DNA from: Haplodiscus bocki
Taxonomy: Eukaryota
Direction of reading: 5' to 3'
Length of the DNA: 64,000 bases
NCBI GenBank assembly: GCA_965655095.1
Contig: OZ296650.1
Location: forward strand, 19,406,001 to 19,470,000
A program made the position numbers and the translations under genes. This document shows positions 11,508 to 25,200 of this stretch, in pieces; the first letter of the stretch is position 1; every line of letters starts with the position of its first letter. The notes under the pieces were generated by a model, which was given only the letters and a program-made list of their open reading frames with translations, did no database searches and was not told where the DNA came from.

Positions 11508-14500
11508 GTGAAGTGCTTACTCAACTTTAGAAGTCCAAATGATCACAATTGTTTTTTATACTGCTTTATCGCTGCATGGCTTTCAAAGTATGGTCCGTCG
11601 CTGCAGCCACCGGGTCAAGATATGCATCGGTTGAAAACAAACCCGAGCACGTACTCCCCCTCTAACCCGCTGGCTCATCAACCAAAAGGTGAATTTGAAA
11701 TGCCGATGGGAATTTGACAGTTGTCAAGAATGAAAGAAACGAATACCTACAGAATCAACGCTTTAGAATATGGAAAGAAGGAACTGGTACCCATTCGTGT
11801 CAGCAAGAAATACGATACAGACTTTGACGTTGACTTATTCTTATTGGAGGATGGTCTAACTCATCACTATGTGCTCATAACAAACCTAAAAATTCTAATC
11901 TGCCGCGTAAATGATCGAACTCTGCCATCGGAAAATTGTCTGCCGAAACTGCTTTCATACATGTTCTTCAAAGGAATTATACGAGCGACACTTTGTGAGC
12001 CGTTTCAACAATGAACCTGCCTTGATACAGATGCCAAAGCCGGAGGAAAACAATATCAAGGTCACAAACATTCAAGGTCGATGGTTCGCTCCAATAGTTA
12101 TTTACTTTGATTTATAGTCCCTCATTCAACCGGTTTCCGGTTGTTTACAGGATGGTGAAAAAGCCACTACCATTGAAATACACAAAGCTTGTAGGTTTTG
12201 CTTAGTGGGGGTTGAGCATGGTCATCCTACACCAGTTTTAATTCAAGTTGATAGGTCAGAAGATTGCATGCGGAAATTAGTTGTGGCATTGAAATGAATT
12301 GCGCAAGATGTGCATGGTCAAAAGCATTCCAACAAGTATTTCAATGATTTCATTCCTGAAAGCCCCCAGACCTCTCGAAGGTGCTGGATGTGCGACGGCT
12401 TCTTTGTTGAAGAAAGTCAAGTAGATAAAGAGCTAGACCATTGTCACTACGGTGGGGAGTTCTTCGGCTATGCACACAACAAATGCAATCTCAAAAGAAG
12501 CACGCTCAATTCATTGCAATGATAGCACATATTCTCTCCAACTACGACCTACACCATTTGTTCAAAAAACTTCATCGGTTCGGGACAGAATGGAAAATGG
12601 AAGTTATTCAATCAACAGACGAGAAATACATCAATTTGTCAGCCGTCGTACCGAAGCCAACGTACTAGGACAAGAACGGCGTAACAAAGACTGTATTTGG
12701 ATATCTGAGGTTTGTTGTGTCCCTACGATTGATGTCATCACTCGACAAATTGGTTACCTTTCTTCCAGAAGACAACTTCTCATACCTGCACAGACATTTC
12801 AGGGACTGTTCGGACGACCAAAAGCGTCTATTGCACCGCAAAGGTTTCTATCTTTACACCTATTTTGATGATCGTGGTAAATTCATGGAAAATTTTTTAC
12901 CACCGTTGAACTGTTGGAAAAATTCTTAACAGCAGGGATAAGTAAGCATGAGTCAAGACGAATGGAATCAGGCTTATCAGGTGTTCAAAAGCTTTGCTAG
13001 CAAAAACCTTGGAGATTACAATGACATATACTTAGAACAGACACTCTGTCACTAGCTTGCGTGGTGGAGGAGTTCCCTAATGTGTGTTATGAGACCTTAA
13101 GTCAGTGAAGTGCTTACTCAACTTTAGAAGTGCAAATGATCACAATTGTTTTATATACTGCTTTATCGCTGCATGGCTTTCAAAGTATGGTCCGTCGCTG
13201 CAGCCACCTGGTTAAAATATGCATCGGTTGAAAACAAACCCAAGCACGTACTCCCCCTCTAACCCGCTGGCTCATCAACCAAAAGGTGAATTTTAAATGC
13301 CGATGGGAATTTGACAGATTTCAAGAATGAAAGAAACGAATACCTACAGAATCAACGCTTTAGAATATGGAAAGAAGGAACTGGTACCCATTCGTGTCAG
13401 CAAGAAATACGATACAGACTTTGACGTTGACTTATTCTTATTGGAGGATGGTCTAACTCATCACTATGTGCTCATAACAAACCTAAAAATTCTAATCTGC
13501 CGCGTAAGTGATCGAACTCTGCCATCGGAAAATTGTCTGCCGAAACTGCTTTCATACATCTTCTTCAAAGGAATTATACGAGTGAAACTTTGTGAGCCGT
13601 TTCAACAATGAACCTGCCTTGATACAGATGCCAAAGCCGGAGGAAAACAATATCAAGGTCACAAACTTTCAAGATCGATGGTTTGCTCTAATATATCTTC
13701 ACTTCGACTTGTAATCTTTCTATTAAACGGTTTCCCGTTGTTTACAGGATGGTGAAAAAGCCACTACCATTGAAATACACAAAGCTTGTGGGTTTTGCTT
13801 AGTGGGGGTTGAGCATGGTAATCCTACACCAGTTTTAATTCAAGTTGATAGGTCAGAAGATTGCATGCGGAAATTGTGGCATTGAAATGAATTGCGCAAG
13901 ATGTGCATAGTCAAAAGCATTCCAACAAGTATTTCAATGATTTCATTCCTGAAAGCCCCCAGACCTCTCGAAAGTGCTGGATGTGCGACGGCTTCTTTGT
14001 TGAAGAAAGTCAAGTAGATAAAGAGCTAGACCATTGTCACTACGGTGGGGAGTTCTTCGGCTATGCACACAACAAATGCAATCTCAAAAGAAGCACGCTC
14101 AATTCATTGCAATGATAGCACATATTCTCTCCAACTACGACCTACACCATTTGTTCAAAAAACTTCATCGGTTCGGGACAGAATGGAAAATGGAAGTTAT
14201 TCAATCAACAGACGAGAAATACATCAATTTGTCAGCAGTCGTTACGATGCCAACGTACTAGGACAAGAACGGCGTAACAAAGACTGTATTTGGATATCTG
14301 AGGTTTGTTGTGTCCCTACGATTGATGTCATCACTCGACAAATTGGTTACCTTCCTTCCAGTAGACAACTTCTCATAACTGCACAGCCATTTCATCAGGG
14401 ACTGTTCGGACGACCAAAAGCGTCTATTGCACCGCAAAGGTTTCTATCTTTACACCTATTTTGATGATCGTGGTAAATTCATGGAAAATTTTTTACCACC

Positions 14501-16296
14501 GTTGAACTGTTGGAAAAATTCTTAACAGCAGGGATAAGTAAGCATGAGTCAAGACGAATGGAATCAGGCTTATCAGGTGTTCAAAAGCTTTGCTAGCAAA
14601 AACCTTGGAGATTACAATGACATATACTTAGAACAGACACTCTGTCACTAGCTTGCGTGGTGGAGGAGTTCCCTAATGTGTGTTATGAGACCTTAAGTCA
14701 GTGAAGTGCTTACTCAACTTTAGAAGTGCAAATGATCACAATTGTTTTATATACTGCTTTATCGCTGCATGGCTTTCAAAGTATGGTCCGTCGCTGCAGC
14801 CACCTGGTTAAAATATGCATCGGTTGAAAACAAACCCAAGCACGTACTCCCCCTCTAACCCGCTGGCTCATCAACCAAAAGGTGAATTTTAAATGCCGAT
14901 GGGAATTTGACAGATTTCAAGAATGAAAGAAACGAATACCTACAGAATCAACGCTTTAGAATATGGAAAGAAGGAACTGGTACCCATTCGTGTCAGCAAG
15001 AAATACGATACAGACTTTGACGTTGACTTATTCTTATTGGAGGATGGTCTAACTCATCACTATGTGCTCATAACAAACCTAAAAATTCTAATCTGCCGCG
15101 TAAGTGATCGAACTCTGCCATCGGAAAATTGTCTGCCGAAACTGCTTTCATACATCTTCTTCAAAGGAATTATACGAGTGAAACTTTGTGAGCCGTTTCA
15201 ACAATGAACCTGCCTTGATACAGATGCCAAAGCCGGAGGAAAACAATATCAAGGTCACAAACTTTCAAGATCGATGGTTTGCTCTAATATATCTTCACTT
15301 CGACTTGTAATCTTTCTATTAAACGGTTTCCCGTTGTTTACAGGATGGTGAAAAAGCCACTACCATTGAAATACACAAAGCTTGTGGGTTTTGCTTAGTG
15401 GGGGTTGAGCATGGTAATCCTACACCAGTTTTAATTCAAGTTGATAGGTCAGAAGATTGCATGCGGAAATTGTGGCATTGAAATGAATTGCGCAAGATGT
15501 GCATAGTCAAAAGCATTCCAACAAGTATTTCAATGATTTCATTCCTGAAAGCCCCCAGACCTCTCGAAAGTGCTGGATGTGCGACGGCTTCTTTGTTGAA
15601 GAAAGTCAAGTAGATAAAGAGCTAGACCATTGTCACTACGGTGGGGAGTTCTTCGGCTATGCACACAACAAATGCAATCTCAAAAGAAGCACGCTCAATT
15701 CATTGCAATGATAGCACATATTCTCTCCAACTACGACCTACACCATTTGTTCAAAAAACTTCATCGGTTCGGGACAGAATGGAAAATGGAAGTTATTCAA
15801 TCAACAGACGAGAAATACATCAATTTGTCAGCAGTCGTTACGATGCCAACGTACTAGGACAAGAACGGCGTAACAAAGACTGTATTTGGATATCTGAGGT
15901 TTGTTGTGTCCCTACGATTGATGTCATCACTCGACAAATTGGTTACCTTCCTTCCAGTAGACAACTTCTCATAACTGCACAGCCATTTCATCAGGGACTG
16001 TTCTGATGACCAAAAGCGTCTATTGCACCGCAAAGGTGTCTAGTATTACACCTATTTTGATGATCCTGGTAAATTCATGGCGCAATATTTACCACCGTTG
16101 AACTGTTGAAAAAATTCTCAACAGCAGGGAGAAGTAAGCATCAGTCGAGACGAATGGAATCACGCTAATGAGGTGTTTATTAGTTTTGATCGCAAAAAGC
16201 TTGGAGATTACCAGGAGCTATTCTTGGAACAGACACTGTGTTACTAGCATGCGTGGTGGAGGAGTTCCCTAAAATATGTTATGAGACCTTAAATCA
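11508..16296 (+). pseudogene. U8-U10, three long A-head monomers (1597, 1596, 1596 bp; starts 11508, 13105, 14701)
   Basis: U9 and U10 give identical ORF translations at +1596. Confidence 0.88.
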
Positions 16297-17631
16297 TTGA
16301 ACTGCTTACTCAACATTAGTGGCCACCATGATCACAATTGTTGTAGATAATGCTTTCGCTGCAAGGCATTCAAGGTATGGTCCATCGCTACAGCCACCCG
16401 GTCAAGATATGCGTCGGTTGAAAACAAACCCGAGCACGTATTCCCCCTCTAACCCGCTGGCTCTTCAACTAGAAGGTGATTTTGAAATGCCGATAGGAAT
16501 TGGACAGATGTCAAGATTTGAAGAAATGGATCTCAAAATCAACATTTTGGAATATGGAAACAAGGAACTGGTACCCAATCGTGTCAGCAAGGAATGCTAT
16601 ACTGACTTTGACGTTGACTTATTCTTATTGAGGAAAGGTTTAACTCATCACTATATGCTCATAACAAACCTAAAAAGTTTAATCTGCCGCGTAAATGGTC
16701 GAACTCTGTCATCGAGAGATTGTCACTGCCGAAACTGCTGTCATATATGTTCTTAAAAGGAAATATACGAGCGACACATTGTGAGCTGTTTCAGCAACGA
16801 ACCTACATTGGTACAGATTCCAAAGCCAGAGAAAAACAAAATGCAGGTCACTAACATTCAAGATCGATGGTTTGCTCTAATATTTATTCACTTCGACTTG
16901 TAATCCTTCTATCAAACGGTTTCCCGTTGTTTACAGGATGGTGAAAAAGCCACTACCATTGAAATACACAAAGCTTGTGGGGTTTCCTTAGTGGGGGTTG
17001 AGCATGGCAACGCTACACCAGTTTTAATTCAAGATGAAAGGTCAGAAATCACTCCAACTACGACCTACACCATTTGTGCTAAAATCTTTCATCGATTCGG
17101 GGCAGAAAGCAAAATGGAAGTTTTTCCATCAACAGGCCAGAAATTGATCAGCTTGTCAGCAGGCTTACCAATGCAAACGCACTCGGAAATGAACGGCCTT
17201 ATAAAGACTGTCTTTGAATTTTGAATTTCTGAGGTTTGTTGAGTCCCTGCGAATCATGTCATCGTCACCCGACAAATTGGTTACCTTTTTTCCAGAAGAC
17301 AACTTCTCATACCTGCACAGACATTTCAGGGACTGTTCTGACGACCAAAAGCGTCTATTGCACCGCAAAGGTTTCTATCCTTACACCTATTTTGATGATC
17401 GTGGTAAATTCATGGAAAAATTTTTACCAACGTTGAACTGTTGAAAAAATTCTTAACAGCAGGGATAAGTAAGCATGAGTCAAGACGAATGGAATCACGC
17501 TTATCAGGTGTTCAAAAGCTTTGTTAGCAAAAACCTTGGAGATTACAATGACATATACTTAGAACAGACACTCTGTCACTAGCTTGCGTGGCGGAGGAGT
17601 TCCCTAATGTGTGTTATGAGACCTTAAGTGA
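16297..17631 (+). pseudogene. U11, short monomer, B head (1335 bp)
   Basis: Junction present; EndoVII deleted. Confidence 0.88.
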
Positions 17632-19233
17632 GTGAAGTGCTTACTCAACTTTAGAAGTCCAAATGATCACAATTGTTTTATATACTGCTTTATCGCTGCA
17701 TGGCTTTCAAAGTATGGTCCGTCGCTGCAGCCACCTGGTTAAAATATGCATCGGTTGAAAACAAACCCGAGCACGTACTCTCCCTCTAACCCGCTGGCTC
17801 ATCAACCAAAAGGTGAATTTGAAATGCCGATGGGAATTTGACAGATGTCAAGAATGAAAGAAACGAATACCTACAGAATCAACGCTTGAGAATATGGAAA
17901 GAAGGAACTGGTACCCATTCGTGTCAGCAAGAAATACGATACAGACTTCGACGTTGACTTATTCTTATTGGAGGATGGTCTAACTCATCACTATGTGCTC
18001 ATAACAAACCTAAAAAATCTAATCTGTCGCGTAAATGATCGAACTCTGCCATCGGAAGATTGTCTCCGCCGAAACTGCTTTCATACATGTTCTTCAAAGG
18101 AATTATACGAGCGACACTTTGTGAGCCGTTTCAACAATGAACCTGCCTTGATACAGATGCCAAAGCCGGAGGAAAACAATATGAAGGTCACAAACATTCA
18201 AGGTCGATGGTTCGCTCCAATAGTTATTGACTTTGATTTATAGTCCCTCTTTCAACCGGTTTTCGGTTGTTTACAGGATGGTGAAAAAGCCGCTACCATT
18301 GAAATACACAAAGCTTGTGGGTTTTGCTTAGTGGGGGTTGAGCATGGTAATCCTACACCAGTTTTAATTCAAGTTGATAGGTCAGAAGATTGCATGCGGA
18401 AATTAGTTGTGGCATTGAAATGAATTGCGCAAGATGTGCATGGTCAAAAGCCTTCCAACAAGTATTTCAATGATTTCATTCCGGAAAGCCCCCAGACCTC
18501 TCGAAGGTGCCGGATGTGCGACGGCGTCTTTGTTGAAGAAAGTCAAGTAGATAAAGAGCTAGACCATTGTCACTACGGTGGGGAATTCCTCGGCTATGCA
18601 CACAACAAATGCAATCTCAAAAGAAGAACGCTCAACTTCATTGCAATGATAGCACATATTCTCTCCAACTACGACCTACACCATTTGTTCAAAAAACTTT
18701 ATCGGTTCGGGGCAGAATGGAAAATGGAAGTTATTCCATCAACAGACGAGAAATACATCAATTTGTCAGCAGTCGTACCGAAGCCAACGTACTAGGACAA
18801 GAATGGCGTAACAAAGACTGTATTTGGATATCTGAGGTTTGTTTTGTCCCTACGATTGATGTCATCACTCGACAAATTGGTTACCTTCCATCCAGTAGAC
18901 AACTTCTCGTACCTGCACAGCCATTTCAGGGACTATTCTGTTGACCAAAAGCGTCGATTGCACCGCAAAGGTGTGTATCCTTACACCTATTTTGATGATC
19001 ATGTTAAATTCGTGGAAAATTTTTTTTACCACCGTTGAACTGTTGGAAAAATGCTCAACATCAGGGAGAAGTAAGCATCAGTCGAGACGAATGAAATCAC
19101 GCTAATGAGGTGTTTATTAGTTTTGATCGCAAAAAGCTTGGATATTACCAGGAGCTATTCTTGGAACAGACACTCTGTTACTAGCATGCGTGGTGGAGGA
19201 GTTCCCTAAAATGTGTTATGAGACCTTAAATCA
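17632..19233 (+). pseudogene. U12, long monomer, A head (1602 bp), frameshift-free to ~19020
   Basis: ORFs at 17968, 18436 and 18844 are in the same frame as the head. Confidence 0.88.
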
Positions 19234-22200
19234 TTGAACTGCTTACTCAACATTAGTGGCCACCATGATCACAATTGTTGTAGATAATGATTTCGCTGCA
19301 AGGCATTCAAAGTATGGTCCATCGCTGCAGTCACCTGGTGAAGGTATGCGTCGGTTGAAAACAAACCCGAGCACGTATTCCCCCTCTAACCCGCTGGCTC
19401 TTCAACCAAAAGGTGAATTTGAAATGCCGATGGGAATTGGACAGATGTCAAGATTTGATGAAATGGATCTCAAAATCAATATTTTGGAATATGGAAACAA
19501 GGAACTGGTACCCAATCGTGTCAGCAAGAAATGCTATGCTGACTTTGACGTTGACTTATGCTTATTGGAGGATGGTCTAACTCATCACTATGCGCTCATA
19601 ACAAACCTAAAAAATCTAATCTGCCGCGTAAATGATCGAAATCTGCCATCGGAAAATTGTCTGCCGAAACTGCTTTCATCCATGTTCTTCAAAGGAATTA
19701 TACGAACGACACTTTGTGAGCCGTTTCAACAATGAACCTGCCTTGATACAGATGCCAAAGCCGGAGGAAAACAATATCAAGGTCACAAACATTCAAGGTC
19801 GATCGTTCGCTCCAATAGTTATTTACTTTGATTTATTGTCCCTCATTCAACCGGTTTTCGGTTGTTTACAGGATGGTGAAAAAGCCACTACCATTGAAAT
19901 AGACAAAGCTTGTAGGTTTTGCTTAGTGGGGGTTGAGCATGGTAATCCTACACCAGTTTTAATTCAAGTTGATAGGTCAGAAGATTGCATGCGGAAATTA
20001 GTTGTGGCATTGAAATGAATTGCGCAAGATGTGCATGGTCAAAAGCATTCCAACAAGTATTTCAATGATTTCATTCCTGAAAGCCCCCAGACCTCTCGAA
20101 GGTGCTGGATGTGCGACGGCTTCTTTGTTGAAGAAAGTCAAGTAGATAAAGAGCTAAACCATTGTCACTACGGTGGGGAATTCTTCGGCTATGCACACAT
20201 TAAATGCAATCTCAAAAGAAGCACGCTCAATTCATTGCAATGATAGCACATATTCTCTCCAAACGACCTACATCATTTGTTCAAAAAACTTCATCGGTTC
20301 GGGACAGAATGGAAAATGGAAGTTATTCAATCAACAGACGAGAAATACATCAATTTGTCAGCAGTCGCACCGAAGCCAACGTACTAGGACAAGAACGGCG
20401 TAACGAAGACTGTATTTGGATATCTGAGGTTTGTTGTGTCCCTACGATTGATGTCATCACTCGACAAATTGGTTACCTTTCTTCCAAAAGACAACTTCTC
20501 ATACCTGCACAGACATTTCAGGGACTGTTCTGACGACCAAAAGCGTCTATTGCACCGCAAAGGTTTCTATCTTTACCCCTACTTTGCTGATCATGGTAAA
20601 TTCATGGAAAATTTTTTTACCACCGTTGAACTGTTGGAAAAATTCTTAACAGCAGGGATAAGTAAGCATGAGTCAAGACGAATGGAATCAGGCTTATCAG
20701 GTGTTCAAAAGCTTTGTTAGCAAAAACCTTGGAGATTACAATGACATATACTTAGAACAGACACTCTGTCACTAGCTTGCGTGGTGGAGGAGTTCCCTAA
20801 TGTGTGTTATGAGACCTTAAGTCAGTGAAGTGCTTACTCAACTTTAGAAGTGCAAATGATCACAATTGTTTTCTGTACTGCTTTATCGCTGCATGGCTTT
20901 CAAAGTATGGTCCGTCGCTGCAGCCACCTGGTCAAGATGTGCATCGGTTGAAAACAAACCCGAGCACGTACTCCCCCTCTAACCCGCTGGCTCATCAACC
21001 AAAAGGTGAATTTGAAATGCCGATGGGAATTTGACAGATGTCAAGAATGAAAGAAACGAATACCTACAGAATCAACGCTTTAGAATATGGAAAGAAGGAA
21101 CTGGTACCCATTCGTGTCAGCAAGAAATACGATACAGACTTTGACGTTGACTTATTCTTATTGGAGGATGGTCTAACTCATCACTATGTGCTCATAACAA
21201 ACCTAAAAAATCTAATCTGCCGCGTAAATGATCGAACTCTGCCATCGGAAAATTGTCTGCCGAAACTGCTTTCATACATGTTCTTCAAAGGAATTATACG
21301 AGCGACACTTTGTGAGCCGTTTCAACAATGAACCTGCCTTGATACAGATGCCAAAGCCGGAGGAAAACAATATCAAGGTCACAAACATTCAAGGTCGATG
21401 GTTCGCTCCAATAGTTATTTACTTTGATTTATAGTCCCTCATTCAACCGGTTTCCGGTTGTTTACAGGATGGTGAAAAAGCCACTACCATTGAAATACAC
21501 AAAGCTTGTAGGTTTTGCTTAGTGGGGGTTGAGCATGGTCATCCTACACCAGTTTTAATTCAAGTTGATAGGTCAGAAGATTGCATGCGGAAATTAGTTG
21601 TGGCATTGAAATGAATTGCGCAAGATGTGCATGGTCAAAAGCATTCCAACAAGTATTTCAATGGTTTCATTCCTGAAAGCCCCCAGACCTCTCGAAGGTG
21701 CTGGATGTGCGACGGCTTCTTTGTTGAAGAAAGTCAAGTAGATAAAGAGCTAAACCATTGTCACTACGGTGGGGAATTCTTCGGCTATGCACACAACAAA
21801 TGCAATCTCAAAAGAAGCACGCTCAATTCATTGCAATGATAGCACATATTCTCTCCAACTACGACCTACACCATTTGTTCAAAAAACTTCATCGGTTCGG
21901 GACAGAATGGAAAATGGAAGTTATTCAATCAACAGACGAGAAATACATCAATTTGTCAGCAGTCGCACCGAAGCCAACGTACTAGGACAAGAACGGCGTA
22001 ACGAAGACTGTATTTGGATATCTGAGGTTTGTTGTGTCCCTACGATTGATGTCATCACTCGACAAATTGGTTACCTTTCTTCCAAAAGACAACTTCTCAT
22101 ACCTGCACAGACATTTCAGGGACTGTTCTGACGACCAAAAGCGTCTATTGCACCGCAAATGTTTCTATCTTTACCCCTACTTTGATGATCATGGTAAATT

Positions 22201-25200
22201 CATGGAAAATTTTTTTACCACCGTTGAACTGTTGGAAAAATTCTTAACAGCAGGGATAAGTAAGCATGAGTCAAGACGAATGGAATCAGGCTTATCAGGT
22301 GTTCAAAAGCTTTGTTAGCAAAAACCTTGGAGATTACAATGACATATACTTAGAACAGACACTCTGTCACTAGCTTGCGTGGTGGAGGAGTTCCCTAATG
22401 TGTGTTATGAGACCTTAAGTCAGTGAAGTGCTTACTCAACTTTAGAAGTGCAAATGATCACAATTGTTTTCTGTACTGCTTTATCGCTGCATGGCTTTCA
22501 AAGTATGGTCCGTCGCTGCAGCCACCTAGTCAAGATGTGCATCGGTTGAAAACAAACCCGAGCACGTACTCCCCCTCTAACCCGCTGGCTCATCAACCAA
22601 AAGGTGAATTTGAAATGCCGATGGGAATTTGACAGATGTCAAGAATGAAAGAAACGAATACCTACAGAATCAACGCTTTAGAATATGGAAAGAAGGAACT
22701 GGTACCCATTCGTGTCAGCAAGAAATACGATACAGACTTTGACGTTGACTTATTCTTATTGGAGGATGGTCTAACTCATCACTATGTGCTCATAACAAAC
22801 CTAAAAAATCTAATCTGCCGCGTAAATGATCGAACTCTGCCATCGGAAAATTGTCTGCCGAAACTGCTTTCATACATGTTCTTCAAAGGAATTATACGAG
22901 CGACACTTTGTGAGCCGTTTCAACAATGAACCTGCCTTGATACAGATGCCAAAGCCGGAGGAAAACAATATCAAGGTCACAAACATTCAAGGTCGATGGT
23001 TCGCTCCAATAGTTATTTACTTTGATTTATAGTCCCTCATTCAACCGGTTTCCGGTTGTTTACAGGATGGTGAAAAAGCCACTACCATTGAAATACACAA
23101 AGCTTGTAGGTTTTGCTTAGTGGGGGTTGAGCATGGTCATCCTACACCAGTTTTAATTCAAGTTGATAGGTCAGAAGATTGCATGCGGAAATTAGTTGTG
23201 GCATTGAAATGAATTGCGCAAGATGTGCATGGTCAAAAGCATTCCAACAAGTATTTCAATGGTTTCATTCCTGAAAGCCCCCAGACCTCTCGAAGGTGCT
23301 GGATGTGCGACGGCTTCTTTGTTGAAGAAAGTCAAGTAGATAAAGAGCTAAACCATTGTCACTACGGTGGGGAATTCTTCGGCTATGCACACAACAAATG
23401 CAATCTCAAAAGAAGCACGCTCAATTCATTGCAATGATAGCACATATTCTCTCCAACTACGACCTACACCATTTGTTCAAAAAACTTCATCGGTTCGGGA
23501 CAGAATGGAAAATGGAAGTTATTCAATCAACAGACGAGAAATACATCAATTTGTCAGCCGTCGTACCGAAGCCAACGTACTAGGACAAGAACGGCGTAAC
23601 AAAGACTGTATTTGGATATCTGAGGTTTGTTGTGTCCCTACGATTGATGTCATCACTCGACAAATTGGTTACCTTTCTTCCAGTAGACAACTTCTCATAA
23701 CTGCACAGCCATTTCATCAGGGACTGTTCTGATGACCAAAAGCGTCTATTGCACCGCAAAGGTGTCTAGTATTACACCTATTTTGATGATCCTGGTAAAT
23801 TCATGGCGCAATATTTACCACCGTTGAACTGTTGAAAAAATTCTCAACAGCAGGGAGAAGTAAGCATCAGTCGAGACGAATGGAACCACGCTAATGAGGT
23901 GTTTATTAGTTTTGATCGCAAAAAGCTTGGATATTACCAGGAGCTATTCTTGGAACAGACACTCTGTTACTAGCATGCGTGGTGGAGGAGTTCCCTAAAA
24001 TGTGTTATGAGACCTTAAATCATTGAACTGCTTACTCAACATTAGTGGCCACCATGATCACAATTGTTGTAGATAATGCTCTCGCTGTAAGGCGTTCAAA
24101 GTATGGTCCATCGCTGCAGTCACCTGGTGAAGGTATGCGTCGGTTGAAAACAAACCCGAGCAGGTATTCCCCCTCTAACCCGCTGGCTCTTCAACCAAAA
24201 GGTGAATTTGAAATGCCGATGGGAATTGGACAGATGTCAAGATTTGATGAAATGGATCTCAAAAGCAACATTTTGGAATATGGAAACAAGGAACTGGTAC
24301 CCAATCGTGTCAGCAAGAAATGCTATGCTGACTTTGACGTTGACTTATGCTTATTGGAGGATGGTCTAACTCATCACTATGCGCTCATAACAAACCTAAA
24401 AAATCTAATCTGCCGCGTAAATGATCGAAATCTGCCATCGGAAAATTGTCTGCCGAAACTGCTTTCATCCATGTTCTTCAAAGGAATTATACGAACGACA
24501 CTTCGTGAGCCGTTTCAACAATGAACCTGCCTTGATACAGATGCCAAAGCCGGAGGAAAACAATATCAATGTCACAAACATTCAAGGTCGATGGTTCGCT
24601 CCAATAGTTATTTACTTTGATTTATAGTCCCTCATTCAACCGGTTTTCGGTTGTTTACAGGATGGTGAAAAAGCCACTACCATTGAAATAGACAAAGCTT
24701 GTAGGTTTTGCTTAGTGGGGGTTGAGCATGGTAATCCTACACCAGTTTTAATTCAAGTTGATAGGTCAGAAGATTGCATGCGGAAATTAGTTGTGGCATT
24801 GAAATGAATTGCGCAAGATGTGCATGGTCAAAAGCATTCCAACAAGTATTTCAATGATTTCATTCCTGAAAGCCCCCAGACCTCTCGAAGGTGCTGGATG
24901 AGCGACGGCTTCTTTGTTGAAGAAAGTCAAGTAGATAAAGAGCTAAACCATTGTCACTACGGTGGGGAATTCTTCGGCTATGCACACAACAAATGCAATC
25001 TCAAAAGAAGCACGCTCAATTCATTGCAATGATAGCACATATTCTCTCCAACTACGACCTACACCATTTGTTCAAAAAACTTCATCGGTTCGGGACAGAA
25101 TGGAAAATGGAAGTTATTCATTCAACAGACGAGAAATACATCAATTTGTCAGCAGTCGCACCGAAGCCAACGTACTAGGACAAGAACGGCGTAACGAAGA

